Below, piece by piece: positions 1 through 9,273 of a stretch of 26,612 nt of DNA. The stretch is from Thermodesulfovibrionales bacterium. GTDB lineage: Bacteria > Nitrospirota > Thermodesulfovibrionia > Thermodesulfovibrionales > Dissulfurispiraceae. Position 1 is the stretch's first letter; each line of letters starts with the position of its first letter. A program made the position numbers and the translations under genes. The stretch covers positions 1 to 26,612 of the forward strand of contig JBAZFD010000001.1 of assembly GCA_041653575.1 (NCBI GenBank), given 5' to 3'. A model generated the notes under the pieces. The model searched no databases. It had not been told where the DNA came from and was given only the letters and a program-made list of their open reading frames with translations.

Positions 1-1005
1 CACCCCCTGTATCGGGAAGGCTGAAGGCTGAAGGCTGAAGTCGGCGAGACCGGGCAGATTAAAACGGATGACCCCGTCTTTAAACCATGCGCCCTTCACC
101 TCTTTCTCCCTGCTGAAGAAATAGATCTCAGGCATTCCCTGGCCCCTATTTTTTTCCTCCTGGACCTTTGACCCTTGCCCCTTGACCCTTTTAACGATCT
201 CCCCGGTCATCGGGTCGTCTGCATTGAGCAGCAGGAAATCCCCTGCCCCCTGGTTCATGAAGACCCTGCACTTCGCATCAGTATACTCCTCCATGGAGCT
301 GTACCTGTCGAGGTGATCAGGGGTGATGTTCAGGATAGTCGCCCCTTTGGGCCTGAAGGATGCTATTGTCTCCAGCTGAAAGCTCGACACCTCGGCGATG
401 ATAAAGAGAGGGTCAAGGGGCAAGGGTCCAGGGTCCAGGGAAGACAAAGAAAGAGGGGCAAGTTCTCCCTTGCCCTCATCTTCTTCTTTCTTGACCCTTG
501 ACCCTTGACCCTTGACCCTTTCATAGATCTCCTCTGTCAGGGCATAGCCGATGTTGCCGCCCAGGAGGGTATTAAAACCTCCGGCCTTCATCATCTCTGA
601 GACCAGCATGGTGGTGGTGGACTTCCCGTTCGTCCCTGTGATGGCCAGGAATTCCGCTCTCTGACTGTCGACTGTTGCCTGTGGACTGTTGACTGTCATA
701 TAGGCCAGCTCCAGCTCGCCGATGATGGGGATACCCCTCTCGGCAGCCCTTTTCAAAGGCGGTATGGAGAGGGGGACTCCGGGACTGATGACAATAAGAT
801 CAGCCTCGGTGAAGAGCTGCTCAGGATGGCCTCCTGCCTCTTTTTTCACCTCCGGTAAAAGCCTGGACAGGAACTCCTCCAGCTCATGGGCAGGCCTCCT
901 GTCCGTTACCGTTATCTCTGCGCCCAGACTGCTGAGGAGGTTTGCAGCCCCTGCCCCGCTCCTGGCTATACCCACCACTGTCACCCTTTTCCCTCTGAAA
1001 TCCAT
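1..1005 (-). CDS. murD: UDP-N-acetylmuramoyl-L-alanine--D-glutamate ligase MurD, 3'-truncated by the window edge
   Basis: Hand translation of the minus strand is open from ATG 1005 (alternative ATG 1011; AGAAAGGA upstream) to position 1. MurD motifs: VVGIARSG, ISPGVP, IIGELELAY, AITGTNGKSTTT (P-loop), GGNIG, EVSSFQLE, LNITPDHLDRY, LNADD, IQGV(HN). Absent from the ORF track because there is no stop in the window. Confidence 0.96.
   Translation of the reverse strand, partial: MDFRGKRVTVVGIARSGAGAANLLSSLGAEITVTDRRPAHELEEFLSRLLPEVKKEAGGHPEQLFTEADLIVISPGVPLSIPPLKRAAERGIPIIGELELAYMTVNSPQATVDSQRAEFLAITGTNGKSTTTMLVSEMMKAGGFNTLLGGNIGYALTEEIYERVKGQGSRVKKEEDEGKGELAPLSLSSLDPGPLPLDPLFIIAEVSSFQLETIASFRPKGATILNITPDHLDRYSSMEEYTDAKCRVFMNQGAGDFLLLNADDPMTGEIVKRVKGQGSKVQEEKNRGQGMPEIYFFSREKEVKGAWFKDGVIRFNLPGLADFSLQPSAFPIQGV
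16..40. repeat. (GAAGGCT)x3.5 tandem heptamer inside murD
   Basis: gaaggct gaaggct gaaggct gaag at 16-40; on the coding strand encodes FSLQPSAF. Confidence 0.9.
160..190. repeat. Degenerate (CTTGACC)x4 tandem heptamer inside murD
   Basis: ctggacc tttgacc cttgccc cttgacc ctt; encodes RVKGQGSKVQ on the coding strand. Confidence 0.9.
409..520. repeat. Inverted pair of heptamer arrays forming a long imperfect hairpin inside murD
   Basis: 411-438 ggtcaag gggcaag ggtccag ggtccag is the degenerate reverse complement of 490-517 (CTTGACC)x4, which is perfect. Inner arms gaggggcaag / cttgccctc close a short loop. Reading frame is preserved. Confidence 0.9.
663..697. repeat. Degenerate (GACTGTY)x5 tandem heptamer inside murD
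   Basis: gactgtc gactgtt gcctgtg gactgtt gactgtc; encodes TVNSPQATVDS between ELELAY and the P-loop strand. Confidence 0.88.
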
Positions 1006-1040
1006 TGTCATCCTTTCTCTGATATCCTTTTATACTGCTT

Positions 1041-2210
1041 CTATGACCTGCCCTCAGTCTCCCTGTTCTGGACGGAAAGCCCCTTGCCTGAGGGCTTCTT
1101 CTTTGCCTTCTTCTCGGAGACCGAGACAACAGCCTTCTTCTTATTCTTGCCAGCCTTTGCTATGGCTTTTTCCTTTTTGTACTTCTTCTTTATTTTGGCT
1201 AAAGCCTTGCTCTTTGCAGATGCCTTCTTTGCCTTGGCGAGCCGCGCCCTCCTGTCGGCCTTCTTCCCTGTGAGCTTGTGCGAGACCTTTTTCTGGGGTG
1301 TGTAGGAGGCATGGACAACGCCCGGTCTCTTTACTGGACTGAAATAGATCATGGGCTCAGACTTCTGGGCCATGATATCCTCACCGCGGGAGAGGAGGAA
1401 GGCGGTGTCATCCCAGAGCCTGCTCCTTACGCTCTCACCGAGGAGCACGGTAATAAGCGTCTCACCCTCCTTCTCCCCGGCGCAGACGAGGCAGTGGCCT
1501 GCGGCCCTTGTGTACCCTGTTTTTCCTCCCAGGACCTCGGCGTCGGACCAGAGGAGCTCGTTGGTGTTTTTGAAGAAGAGCCGCCTCCCCTCCATGGTGT
1601 ATATGTCCTTGGTCCTGGTGTTGATGATCTCCCTGATGATGGGGTATCTCAGGGCTGTCTTCATGATGAGGGAGAGCTCATAGGCTGTGGTGTACTGCTC
1701 TCCCGGACCGGGAAGCCCTGAGGCGTTGATGAACCGGGTGTTCTCCAGGCCCAGACGGCTGACCTTATCGTTCATCATCCTGGTAAAGCCCTCCTCACTC
1801 CCTGCCGATGCCTCGGCGAGGGCAACGGCAGCGCCGTTCACGGACCTCATGAGGGCGATATAGAGAAGGTCGTGCACCTTCAGCCTCTCCCCCTCTCTCA
1901 GGTGAGGACTGACCGAAGGAGTCTCAGCAGCGTTTTTGCTTATGGTAACAACGGTCTCGGGATGGAGCCTGTCGAGGGCAACCATGGCTGTCATCACCTT
2001 CGTGGTGCTGGCAGGGGGGAGCTTGGTATTGGGGTTTTTGGCATAGAGGATCTTCCCCCTGCTGCCTTCCATCACAAGGGCGGCGCGGGCGCTCACCTCA
2101 TCGGCTGAGGCGTTTTGAGCAATAAAAAAAAGGCAGAGGAGAGAAAAAAGACCCGTCCATGCCCCCCATGACCGATTATCCATGACCTTCAACCCATGCC
2201 GCTTACCCAT
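1041..2210 (-). CDS. D-alanyl-D-alanine carboxypeptidase (peptidase S11, low-MW PBP) with Lys/Ala-rich C-terminal tail
   Basis: SxxK (PASTTK), SxN (RSVN), NASGL and KTG (GGKTGYT) motifs; N-terminal hydrophobic signal or anchor; SD AAGGAGGT 5 nt before ATG 2210. Confidence 0.92.
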   Translation of the reverse strand: MGKRHGLKVMDNRSWGAWTGLFSLLCLFFIAQNASADEVSARAALVMEGSRGKILYAKNPNTKLPPASTTKVMTAMVALDRLHPETVVTISKNAAETPSVSPHLREGERLKVHDLLYIALMRSVNGAAVALAEASAGSEEGFTRMMNDKVSRLGLENTRFINASGLPGPGEQYTTAYELSLIMKTALRYPIIREIINTRTKDIYTMEGRRLFFKNTNELLWSDAEVLGGKTGYTRAAGHCLVCAGEKEGETLITVLLGESVRSRLWDDTAFLLSRGEDIMAQKSEPMIYFSPVKRPGVVHASYTPQKKVSHKLTGKKADRRARLAKAKKASAKSKALAKIKKKYKKEKAIAKAGKNKKKAVVSVSEKKAKKKPSGKGLSVQNRETEGRS

Positions 2211-2237
2211 GGCTTACCTCCTTACGGTTTCCACTGA

Positions 2238-3320
2238 TCACCTCAGCTTGAGTGTAGCGAGGCTGAAGAGAGCAAGGATGATCCCCACTATCCAGAACCT
2301 CACAATTACCTTTGGTTCAGGCCACCCCTTCAGCTCAAAGTGATGATGAATGGGCGCCATCCTGAATATCCTTTTCCCGGTGAGTTTGAAGGATGCAACC
2401 TGCATGACAACGGAAAGCGTTTCTATTACAAATATACCACCTACAACGGCAAGGACGATCTCATGCTTTGTTATGACCGCCAGGGTCCCTAGGGAACCGC
2501 CCAGGGAGAGGGAGCCCACGTCCCCCATAAAAACTTCTGCCGGATGGGCGTTGTACCAGAGAAAACCCAGAGCAGCGCCGAGCATGGCGCCGCAGAAAAC
2601 AGTAAGCTCCCCGATGCCGGGGAGATAGAGGACCTGGAGATACCTGGCAAAGAGGGCATGTCCCGAGATATAGACGAGGGCCACGTTGGCTATGGTGGCG
2701 ATTGCCACAAGACCTATGGCCAGGCCGTCTATCCCGTCGGTAAGGTTCACTGCATTGGATGAGCCCACGATCACAAAGACCGAAAAGGGGATGTAGAAGT
2801 ATCCCAGGTCAATGAGCCATTTTTTGAAAAAGGGAATGCTCAGGACGGAGCTGTAAGGGTCCTGGGGATTGAAATAGAGGAACATCCCTATGGCAAGGGC
2901 AATGACGAACTGGCCTCCGCTCTTGTACAGGGCGCTCAGCCCCTTGGGGTTCTTCTTCACCGCCTTCAGGTAATCATCGAGGAACCCCACAGCCCCGAAC
3001 CCGAGGAGGGAGAGGAGGATTATCCAGATATAGGGATTGCGGAAGTTTCCCCACATGAGCATGGAGAGGGCAATGGAGGCGATGATGATAACCCCTCCCA
3101 TGGTGGGTGTGCCTGCCTTGGAGTAGTGCGTCTTGGGGCCGTCATCCCTGATCTGCTGGGTCATACTGATCTGCTTGAGCCACCTGATGACAGGGGGGGC
3201 GATGATAAAGGTCAGAATGAGGGAGGTGAGCGCAGCCAGGGATGTCCTGAAGGTGATGTACTTGAAGACATTCAGGGGCGAAAAATGGGGGATAAGCCGG
3301 AGGAGGAGCTCATAGAGCAT
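2238..3320 (-). CDS. mraY: Phospho-N-acetylmuramoyl-pentapeptide transferase MraY
   Basis: [45 protein letters not shown] motifs; polytopic membrane protein; dcw position. Confidence 0.98.
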   Translation of the reverse strand: MLYELLLRLIPHFSPLNVFKYITFRTSLAALTSLILTFIIAPPVIRWLKQISMTQQIRDDGPKTHYSKAGTPTMGGVIIIASIALSMLMWGNFRNPYIWIILLSLLGFGAVGFLDDYLKAVKKNPKGLSALYKSGGQFVIALAIGMFLYFNPQDPYSSVLSIPFFKKWLIDLGYFYIPFSVFVIVGSSNAVNLTDGIDGLAIGLVAIATIANVALVYISGHALFARYLQVLYLPGIGELTVFCGAMLGAALGFLWYNAHPAEVFMGDVGSLSLGGSLGTLAVITKHEIVLAVVGGIFVIETLSVVMQVASFKLTGKRIFRMAPIHHHFELKGWPEPKVIVRFWIVGIILALFSLATLKLR

Positions 3321-4692
3321 GGTCTGCCTCCCTTATCCCCTCACCGGCCATCCAGGTGTCGAAAACCTTCTCCATCCTCATTCCCCGCGAACCCTTTATG
3401 AGCACTACATCTCCCTCCTCTATGATCTCTTTCAGGAGGACTCCGGCGTCCTCTGATTTCTCTGCCATGATTCCCCTGCCGCTGAACTCCTCTACAGCCA
3501 GGGACATAAGAGGACCGACGCCGATGAAGACCTGGACAGGAATGCCCGAGAGCCTCCTGCCCAGCTCCCTGTGGCTGGAAAGGGCGTATTCGCCCAACTC
3601 CCGCATATCCCCGAGCACAGCCACTGCCCTTCTGAACTGTCCTGTTGCCATGAGCCTTTCCAGCTCCCTCACCGCCTGTTCCATGGATGAGGGGTTGGCA
3701 TTGTACACATCATTCAGGAAGGTAGCCCCTCCCTGTTTTCTTATCTCAAACCTCATTCCCACCGGTTCCAGGGAGGCAAGGCCTTCCTGGACCGCCTCAA
3801 GGTCAACCCCTGCAAGGAGGGAGGCCGAGACCGCTGCCAGGGCGTTCAGGACATTGAATCTTCCGTGAAGCCGTGTCTGCACAGGTATCTGCTCATCCCC
3901 CCGGCAGAGGAGAAAGGAGGTGCCCCTCTCGGTGTCTCTGATGTCACGGGCTGTCAGGTCGGCCTCCTTTTCAATGCCGAAGGTAAAAAGCTCTCCTGAG
4001 AACCCGCTCTCTTTTATCCCTTCCATGAGGAAGTCGTCGTCGGCATTGACCACCAGCCTGCTGAGGTAGGGGAGGATCTCCAGCTCAGACTCCCGCACCC
4101 CCTCAAGGGAGCCGAACCCTTCCATGTGCTCATAGCCGATATTCGTTATCACCCCTGTTTCAGGCCGGGCAATGCTGCAAAGGAGCTCCACGTCACCGGG
4201 CCGGTTCGTCCCCATCTCAAGGACCATCACCTTGGTATCGTCGTCCATGCGGGAGATGCAGAGAGGCATCCCGATATGGTTGTTCAGGTTCCCTGTTGTC
4301 TTCAGTACCTGACCTCTCATGCTGATGATGCCGGAGAGGAGCTCCTTGGTGGTGGTCTTGCCGTTGCTTCCCACAACGCCTATGACAGGGCCGGTGAAGC
4401 CCTTCCTCTTTGCAGCTGCTATCTGCTGGAGTGCTGTCAGGCTGTCCTCCACCCTGATGACCGTCCTGCCGGGGATCTCCCAGTCTGTTCCCGAATCCAC
4501 AATCGCCCCGCTGCCCCGCTGAAGTGCCTCTTTCACAAAGGCGTGGCCGTCAAGCCTTTCCCCTTTTATGGCGACGAAAACCTCTCCCTCGCCGATGCTG
4601 CGGGAATCAATGGAAAAGCCGCTGAAGGAGGAAGGTCCTGAAGAGAGGATCTTTCCGCCTGTGCCCTCTATGATCTCATTGAGAGTTACCAT
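3310..4692 (-). CDS. murF: UDP-N-acetylmuramoyl-tripeptide--D-alanyl-D-alanine ligase MurF
   Basis: [58 protein letters not shown] motifs. Confidence 0.97.
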   Translation of the reverse strand: MVTLNEIIEGTGGKILSSGPSSFSGFSIDSRSIGEGEVFVAIKGERLDGHAFVKEALQRGSGAIVDSGTDWEIPGRTVIRVEDSLTALQQIAAAKRKGFTGPVIGVVGSNGKTTTKELLSGIISMRGQVLKTTGNLNNHIGMPLCISRMDDDTKVMVLEMGTNRPGDVELLCSIARPETGVITNIGYEHMEGFGSLEGVRESELEILPYLSRLVVNADDDFLMEGIKESGFSGELFTFGIEKEADLTARDIRDTERGTSFLLCRGDEQIPVQTRLHGRFNVLNALAAVSASLLAGVDLEAVQEGLASLEPVGMRFEIRKQGGATFLNDVYNANPSSMEQAVRELERLMATGQFRRAVAVLGDMRELGEYALSSHRELGRRLSGIPVQVFIGVGPLMSLAVEEFSGRGIMAEKSEDAGVLLKEIIEEGDVVLIKGSRGMRMEKVFDTWMAGEGIREADHAL

Positions 4693-6227
4693 CCTGCCCC
4701 TCCCGGCTCCCCGGCGCAGGGGACGGAAGCAGACTTTTTCCTGATGGCATCCTCAAGGACCTCACGGTCGCTGAAATGATGCCGCTCCCCGCTGATCTCC
4801 TGGTAGTCCTCATGCCCCTTGCCCGCCACCACCACCATATCGCCCGGCGCTGCCATAGCCACCGCCCGCCTGATCGCCTCTGCCCTGTCGGGGAGAACAA
4901 TGTAATCTGCCGCGTCTATCCCCTCCTCTATCTCCCTGATGATGGCCATGGGCTCCTCATCCCTCGGGTTGTCGGAGGTGACAATGACCAGATCGCTCAG
5001 GCCTGAGGCGATCCGCCCCATCTCCGGCCTCTTTCCCCGGTCCCTGTTTCCGCCGCAGCCGAAGACCGTGATGAGCCTGCCTGGGGAATGACAGGATTCG
5101 AGGAGCTGCCTGCCGGTCAGGAGGAGCCCCTCCAGTGCGTCGCCTGTGTGGGCGTAGTCCACTACCGCAAGGAATCCCTGGCCCAGGTCCACCCGCTCAA
5201 ACCTTCCCTGCACATTCCCGAAGGAGGATATGGCAGCTGCAATGAGATCCCAGGGGATGCCGAGAGAGACTGCCGCTGCAATGGCAGAGAGGCAGTTGGA
5301 GACATTCTTCATCCCAACAAGGAGGGATTCCATGGGATGGTCGAGGCCGTCATAACGGACCGTAAAGGAGGTTCCCCTGAAGGACATCCTGATCTCCGTG
5401 GCCGTCAGATCGGCAGCCGCTCCCTCTGCGCTGTAGGTGAGAACCTTCCTGCCCATCGCCTTCAGCTCCGCTGCGAGCCTCTGCCCGTAGGGATCATCGG
5501 CATTGATCACCGCTGCTCCATGAGGAATGAGGAGGTCGGTGAAGAGTCTCTTCTTTGCCTGGAAGTACTCCTCCATGGAATGGTGAAAGTCCAGATGGTC
5601 CCTGGTGAGATTGGTGAAGAGGGCAGCGCTGAACCGGGAATGGTCCACCCTCTTCTGTGCAAGGGCATGGGATGAAACCTCGGTCACCACGCAGTCGCAG
5701 CCCTCATCCACCATCCTCCTGAGGAGGGACTGAAAATCCGGGGCCTCCGGCGTGGTGTGCGGTGCGGAACAGGCGCTGTCCTTTATGATGTAGGAGATAG
5801 TCCCGATGAGCCCCACCGCCTTGCCCCATGTCTCTGCAATGGACTTGATGAGATAGGAGGTGGTGGTCTTGCCGTTGGTCCCTGTGATCCCGATGAGGGT
5901 CATATCCCGTGAAGGCTCCCGGTAAAACCTGTCGGACAGGGCAGCCATGGCATCCCTGGGGTCGGCGACCGGTATCCAGGCAGCCTGGGGATGAGCCTCC
6001 CTGACGGCAGCAACCCGCCCCTCCTCTGCCTCATCAAAGACTATTGCCGCAGCGCCTCTCCTGAGGGCATCGGCAATAAACCCATGGCCGTCCATATGCT
6101 CCCCCCTGGTGGCCACAAAAAGCTCCCCGCCTTTGATGCTCCGTGAGTCGTAGGCTATGCCGGTGATATCCCGCCCGGTCTCACCTGAAACCCTCATTTC
6201 TCCTGTAATGACTTCCCTCAGATCCAT
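4686..6227 (-). CDS. murE: UDP-N-acetylmuramoyl-L-alanyl-D-glutamate--2,6-diaminopimelate ligase MurE
   Basis: YDSR, GITGTNGKTTT, HTTPE, EVSSHAL, FTNLTRDHLDFH, DYAHT, FGCGGNRDRGKR, SDNPR (meso-DAP-type motif), GKGHEDYQ. Confidence 0.97.
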   Translation of the reverse strand: MDLREVITGEMRVSGETGRDITGIAYDSRSIKGGELFVATRGEHMDGHGFIADALRRGAAAIVFDEAEEGRVAAVREAHPQAAWIPVADPRDAMAALSDRFYREPSRDMTLIGITGTNGKTTTSYLIKSIAETWGKAVGLIGTISYIIKDSACSAPHTTPEAPDFQSLLRRMVDEGCDCVVTEVSSHALAQKRVDHSRFSAALFTNLTRDHLDFHHSMEEYFQAKKRLFTDLLIPHGAAVINADDPYGQRLAAELKAMGRKVLTYSAEGAAADLTATEIRMSFRGTSFTVRYDGLDHPMESLLVGMKNVSNCLSAIAAAVSLGIPWDLIAAAISSFGNVQGRFERVDLGQGFLAVVDYAHTGDALEGLLLTGRQLLESCHSPGRLITVFGCGGNRDRGKRPEMGRIASGLSDLVIVTSDNPRDEEPMAIIREIEEGIDAADYIVLPDRAEAIRRAVAMAAPGDMVVVAGKGHEDYQEISGERHHFSDREVLEDAIRKKSASVPCAGEPGGAGW

Positions 6228-6317
6228 GATTTCCCCTGAAAAATAATTCTTTTATACGGCATTATTGTCTCATAAAAGCTGAACTACTGGAAGGGTCACC
6301 AGCGACCCAAAAGGTGA

Positions 6318-8024
6318 TCAGGACCTCTTTTTCTCCGACACAAGCAGGAGTCCCTTGTCGCTGGCATCATCCCTGAGCACTCCCAGGTAGGAGAGAGACT
6401 CGTCGGCTATCTTCCTGAAGACCGGCCCTGCCACGATACCGCCGTATATCTGCCCCTTAGGCTCATGGAGGACAACGATCATGGCGATTCTCGGCTGATC
6501 GGCAGGAACAAAACCGACAAAGGAGCTCACAAACTTATCCCTGGAGTATCTCCTCGTCGCCGGGTCTATCAACTGGGCTGTCCCTGTCTTGCCTGCCACC
6601 TGGTTGCCGTCCACCGCAGCCTCAGTTGCAGTGCCTCCCTCTTCGGTCACAGTCTTGAGGATCTCCCTGAATCTCCGGGCAGTCTCCGCTGAGATGACCC
6701 TCTTTTTCTCAGGCTCTGCCCTGAAAAGGGTTCCTCCCGAAGGGCTGCGTATCTCGGACACCAGATGGGGCTTCACAAGACTGCCGCCGTTTGCAATGAC
6801 AGCGTAAGCCCTCAGGACCTGGAGGGGGGTGACTGCCACCTCCTGCCCGATGGCTATTGCGCCGATGGACATACCGGACCACCTGTCAGGAGGCCTCAGC
6901 AGGCCCGAGACCTCGCCGGGGAGATCAATGCCGGTCTTGTTGCCGAAGCCGAATTTCCTGATGTAGTCATAGACCGTATCCTTGCCCAGCTTCAGTGCGA
7001 TCTTGATGGTTCCCACGTTGGACGACTTCTGGATGACCTCCTGGAAGGTGAGAACGCCGTGCCTGTGGGCATCCTTGATCCTCCTGCCGCCGACCTCTAC
7101 CGAACCGGCGCTGCAATCGAACCGCATACCCGGCGTGACAGCCTTCTCTTCCAATGCAGCTGCGCCGACTATTATTTTAAAGGTTGAGCCCGGCTCATAG
7201 CAATCCGTGACCGCCCGGTTTCTCCTCTGGCCGGGTTTGACATTGCCGGGACTGTTGAGATCAAAATCAGGTCTGCTCGCCATGGCCAGTATCTCGCCGG
7301 TATAGGGGTTCATCATAATGGCGGTGGCTGAGGCGGCCTTCCAGTGGGTAGCAGCCTCCTCAAGGTTTTTCTCCAGGATATACTGGAGACCTTCATCAAG
7401 GGTAAGGATCAGGTCATTCCCTTGGATATCCTTTGTCTGTCCCTCGGAGAGGTGATGCCCTTTTGCATCCCTCTGGACATAGAACTCTTCCGGACTGGCG
7501 GTGAGATAGCTGTTGTATTTACTCTCAATCCCCTCAATGCCGCTGTTGTCTATATTCACGTACCCGATGATGTGGGAGGCGAGGCTCCCTTTCGGATAGT
7601 ATCTCTTCATCTCCGGCACAAAGCCGATCCCGCTGAGCTTGAGGCACTTGATCCTCTGGGCCTCAGCCCTGTCCATCTTCCGCTCCAGCCAGATGAATCT
7701 CTTTTTCCCGCTGATTTTCGTGATGATCTCATCAGGCCGCCGGTTGATCTCCCTGGAGAGGGCGCGGGCCATATCAGCAGGAGCCGAGACATCCCTGGGA
7801 TTGCAGAAAAGGGACTCAGTGTCTATATTGATGGCAAGATCCCTGCCTGTCCTGTCCAGGATCATACCCCTCCTGACAGGAATTGACTCCTTTTTTATCT
7901 GCTGCGACTTCGCCCTGGCTGAGTACTTCTCATGATTGAAGAGCATCACATCCACAAGGCGAAGGGAGACGGAAAGGAAGCCGATGAGAACAGCGGTCGT
8001 AAGAAGCAAGGCCCTCGTATTCAT
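6318..8024 (-). CDS. ftsI: Class B penicillin-binding protein FtsI/PBP3
   Basis: RGMILDR, RYYPKG, GIEGIE, YEPGSTFK (SxxK), KSSN (SxN), IAIGQE, AGKTGTAQ (KTG); N-terminal TM; dcw position. Confidence 0.95.
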   Translation of the reverse strand: MNTRALLLTTAVLIGFLSVSLRLVDVMLFNHEKYSARAKSQQIKKESIPVRRGMILDRTGRDLAINIDTESLFCNPRDVSAPADMARALSREINRRPDEIITKISGKKRFIWLERKMDRAEAQRIKCLKLSGIGFVPEMKRYYPKGSLASHIIGYVNIDNSGIEGIESKYNSYLTASPEEFYVQRDAKGHHLSEGQTKDIQGNDLILTLDEGLQYILEKNLEEAATHWKAASATAIMMNPYTGEILAMASRPDFDLNSPGNVKPGQRRNRAVTDCYEPGSTFKIIVGAAALEEKAVTPGMRFDCSAGSVEVGGRRIKDAHRHGVLTFQEVIQKSSNVGTIKIALKLGKDTVYDYIRKFGFGNKTGIDLPGEVSGLLRPPDRWSGMSIGAIAIGQEVAVTPLQVLRAYAVIANGGSLVKPHLVSEIRSPSGGTLFRAEPEKKRVISAETARRFREILKTVTEEGGTATEAAVDGNQVAGKTGTAQLIDPATRRYSRDKFVSSFVGFVPADQPRIAMIVVLHEPKGQIYGGIVAGPVFRKIADESLSYLGVLRDDASDKGLLLVSEKKRS

Positions 8025-8071
8025 CTCTTTATGACTCCATACAGGCTGTTTATACCCTCTCCCGGACCGGA

Positions 8072-8386
8072 CTACGGACGAAAGGATGCCTTGTATGTCC
8101 CTCCGTCCTCCACCCGCTTCACATAGACTACCTTCATCCTGTCGGGAAATACAAACCCGTTGGCAGAGGCGGTCTCGAACTTGTCCACCGAAAGGAGGTG
8201 TGACTTCTGAGCGCCAAGGAGCTTTCTGTCTCTCAGCAATTCCGCCTTTTTTTCCTCAAGCCTGCTGATGGAATACTCCAGAGATACCACGCCGGACCTC
8301 AGCCAGACAAGGGAAAAAACCAGAAAGAGCATGGTAACAACAAAAAAAGGTTTCAGAAATGAGACCGATCTATTTCTCTTTCTCAT
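8072..8386 (-). CDS. ftsL: Cell division protein FtsL-like (bitopic membrane protein with coiled coil)
   Basis: Basic N-terminus, one TM, then leucine-heptad segment; ATGA overlap with rsmH stop; canonical position between rsmH and ftsI. Confidence 0.75.
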   Translation of the reverse strand: MRKRNRSVSFLKPFFVVTMLFLVFSLVWLRSGVVSLEYSISRLEEKKAELLRDRKLLGAQKSHLLSVDKFETASANGFVFPDRMKVVYVKRVEDGGTYKASFRP

Positions 8387-9273
8387 ACCCTCGCTCCTCG
8401 CTTTTCTCCGACCCTGAGCTTTGCGCTCCGGGAAGCCGGATTTCTCCTTACCTCCTCGCGGGACGGAGGCAGGGGCTTTTTGGTTATCAGTTCGATGAGG
8501 CCTCCCCGCGCCTCTTCACGCATGAAATTCTTTACAATCCTGTCCTCAAGGGAATGGTAGGAAATGACGCAGAGCCTCCCTCCCTCAGAGAGAATATCCA
8601 GAGCTGCTGCAAGCCCCTTCCGGAGCTCATCCATCTCACCGTTCACCTCTATTCTCAATGCCTGGAATGTCAGGGTGGCGGGATGGCTCTTTCCTCTCCT
8701 TCTGGAGACCCTGGCAATTAGGTCGGCCAGCTCCTTGCAGGTCTCTATGCGGGCCTTCTTTCTCTGGCTGACGATCTCCCTGACGATCCTCCTGGCAAAG
8801 GGCTCCTCGCCGTACTCCCTGATGACCCTCTCCAGGTCGGCCTCGGGATAGCCGTTCACCACCTCCCAGGCGCTCAGATCCTGGGTCTTGTCCATCCGCA
8901 TATCCAGCCTCTCCTGGGAGAGGAAACTGAATCCCCTCTCCATAGCCTTCAGCTGGAGCATGGAAACGCCGAGATCAAGAAGGACACCGTCAACAGCCTT
9001 TATGCCCAGAGAGGAGACGATCTCCGAAATATTGGAAAAGGCCCCCTTCCTGAGAAAGACCCGCTTGTCGCCCAGAGTCTCCGCTGCGTGCCTGAGCGCG
9101 TCATCATCCTTATCTATACCAATGAGCACACCCTCAGGGATCCTGCTCAGGATCTCCGAGGAATGACCGCCCAGCCCGACTGTACCGTCCAGATATACCC
9201 CGTCAGGTCTGATCCGGAGCATATCCAGAATCTCATCCAGAAGGACAGGGACATGGATCTTCTCATGATTCAT
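8383..9273 (-). CDS. rsmH: 16S rRNA m4C1402 methyltransferase RsmH (MraW)
   Basis: HVPVLL, DGTVGLGGHS, DLGVSMLQL, LDMRMD, FQALRIEVN, ISYHSLEDRIVK, NPASRSAKLR. Confidence 0.98.
   Translation of the reverse strand: MNHEKIHVPVLLDEILDMLRIRPDGVYLDGTVGLGGHSSEILSRIPEGVLIGIDKDDDALRHAAETLGDKRVFLRKGAFSNISEIVSSLGIKAVDGVLLDLGVSMLQLKAMERGFSFLSQERLDMRMDKTQDLSAWEVVNGYPEADLERVIREYGEEPFARRIVREIVSQRKKARIETCKELADLIARVSRRRGKSHPATLTFQALRIEVNGEMDELRKGLAAALDILSEGGRLCVISYHSLEDRIVKNFMREEARGGLIELITKKPLPPSREEVRRNPASRSAKLRVGEKRGARV

Noticed and set aside
175-501. 108-aa plus-strand ORF containing VKGQGSRVQG
   Set aside because: Antisense to murD; the motif arises only because the heptamer hairpin reads similarly on both strands.
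16-697. Repeats read as a CRISPR array
   Set aside because: Units are 7 nt, tandem, without spacers, inside a CDS; no cas genes.
722-1305. Plus-strand ORFs of 183 and 139 aa with hydrophobic/Phe-rich ends
   Set aside because: Shadow frames of murD and of the Lys-rich dac tail (AAA/AAG codons read as Phe/Leu on the other strand).
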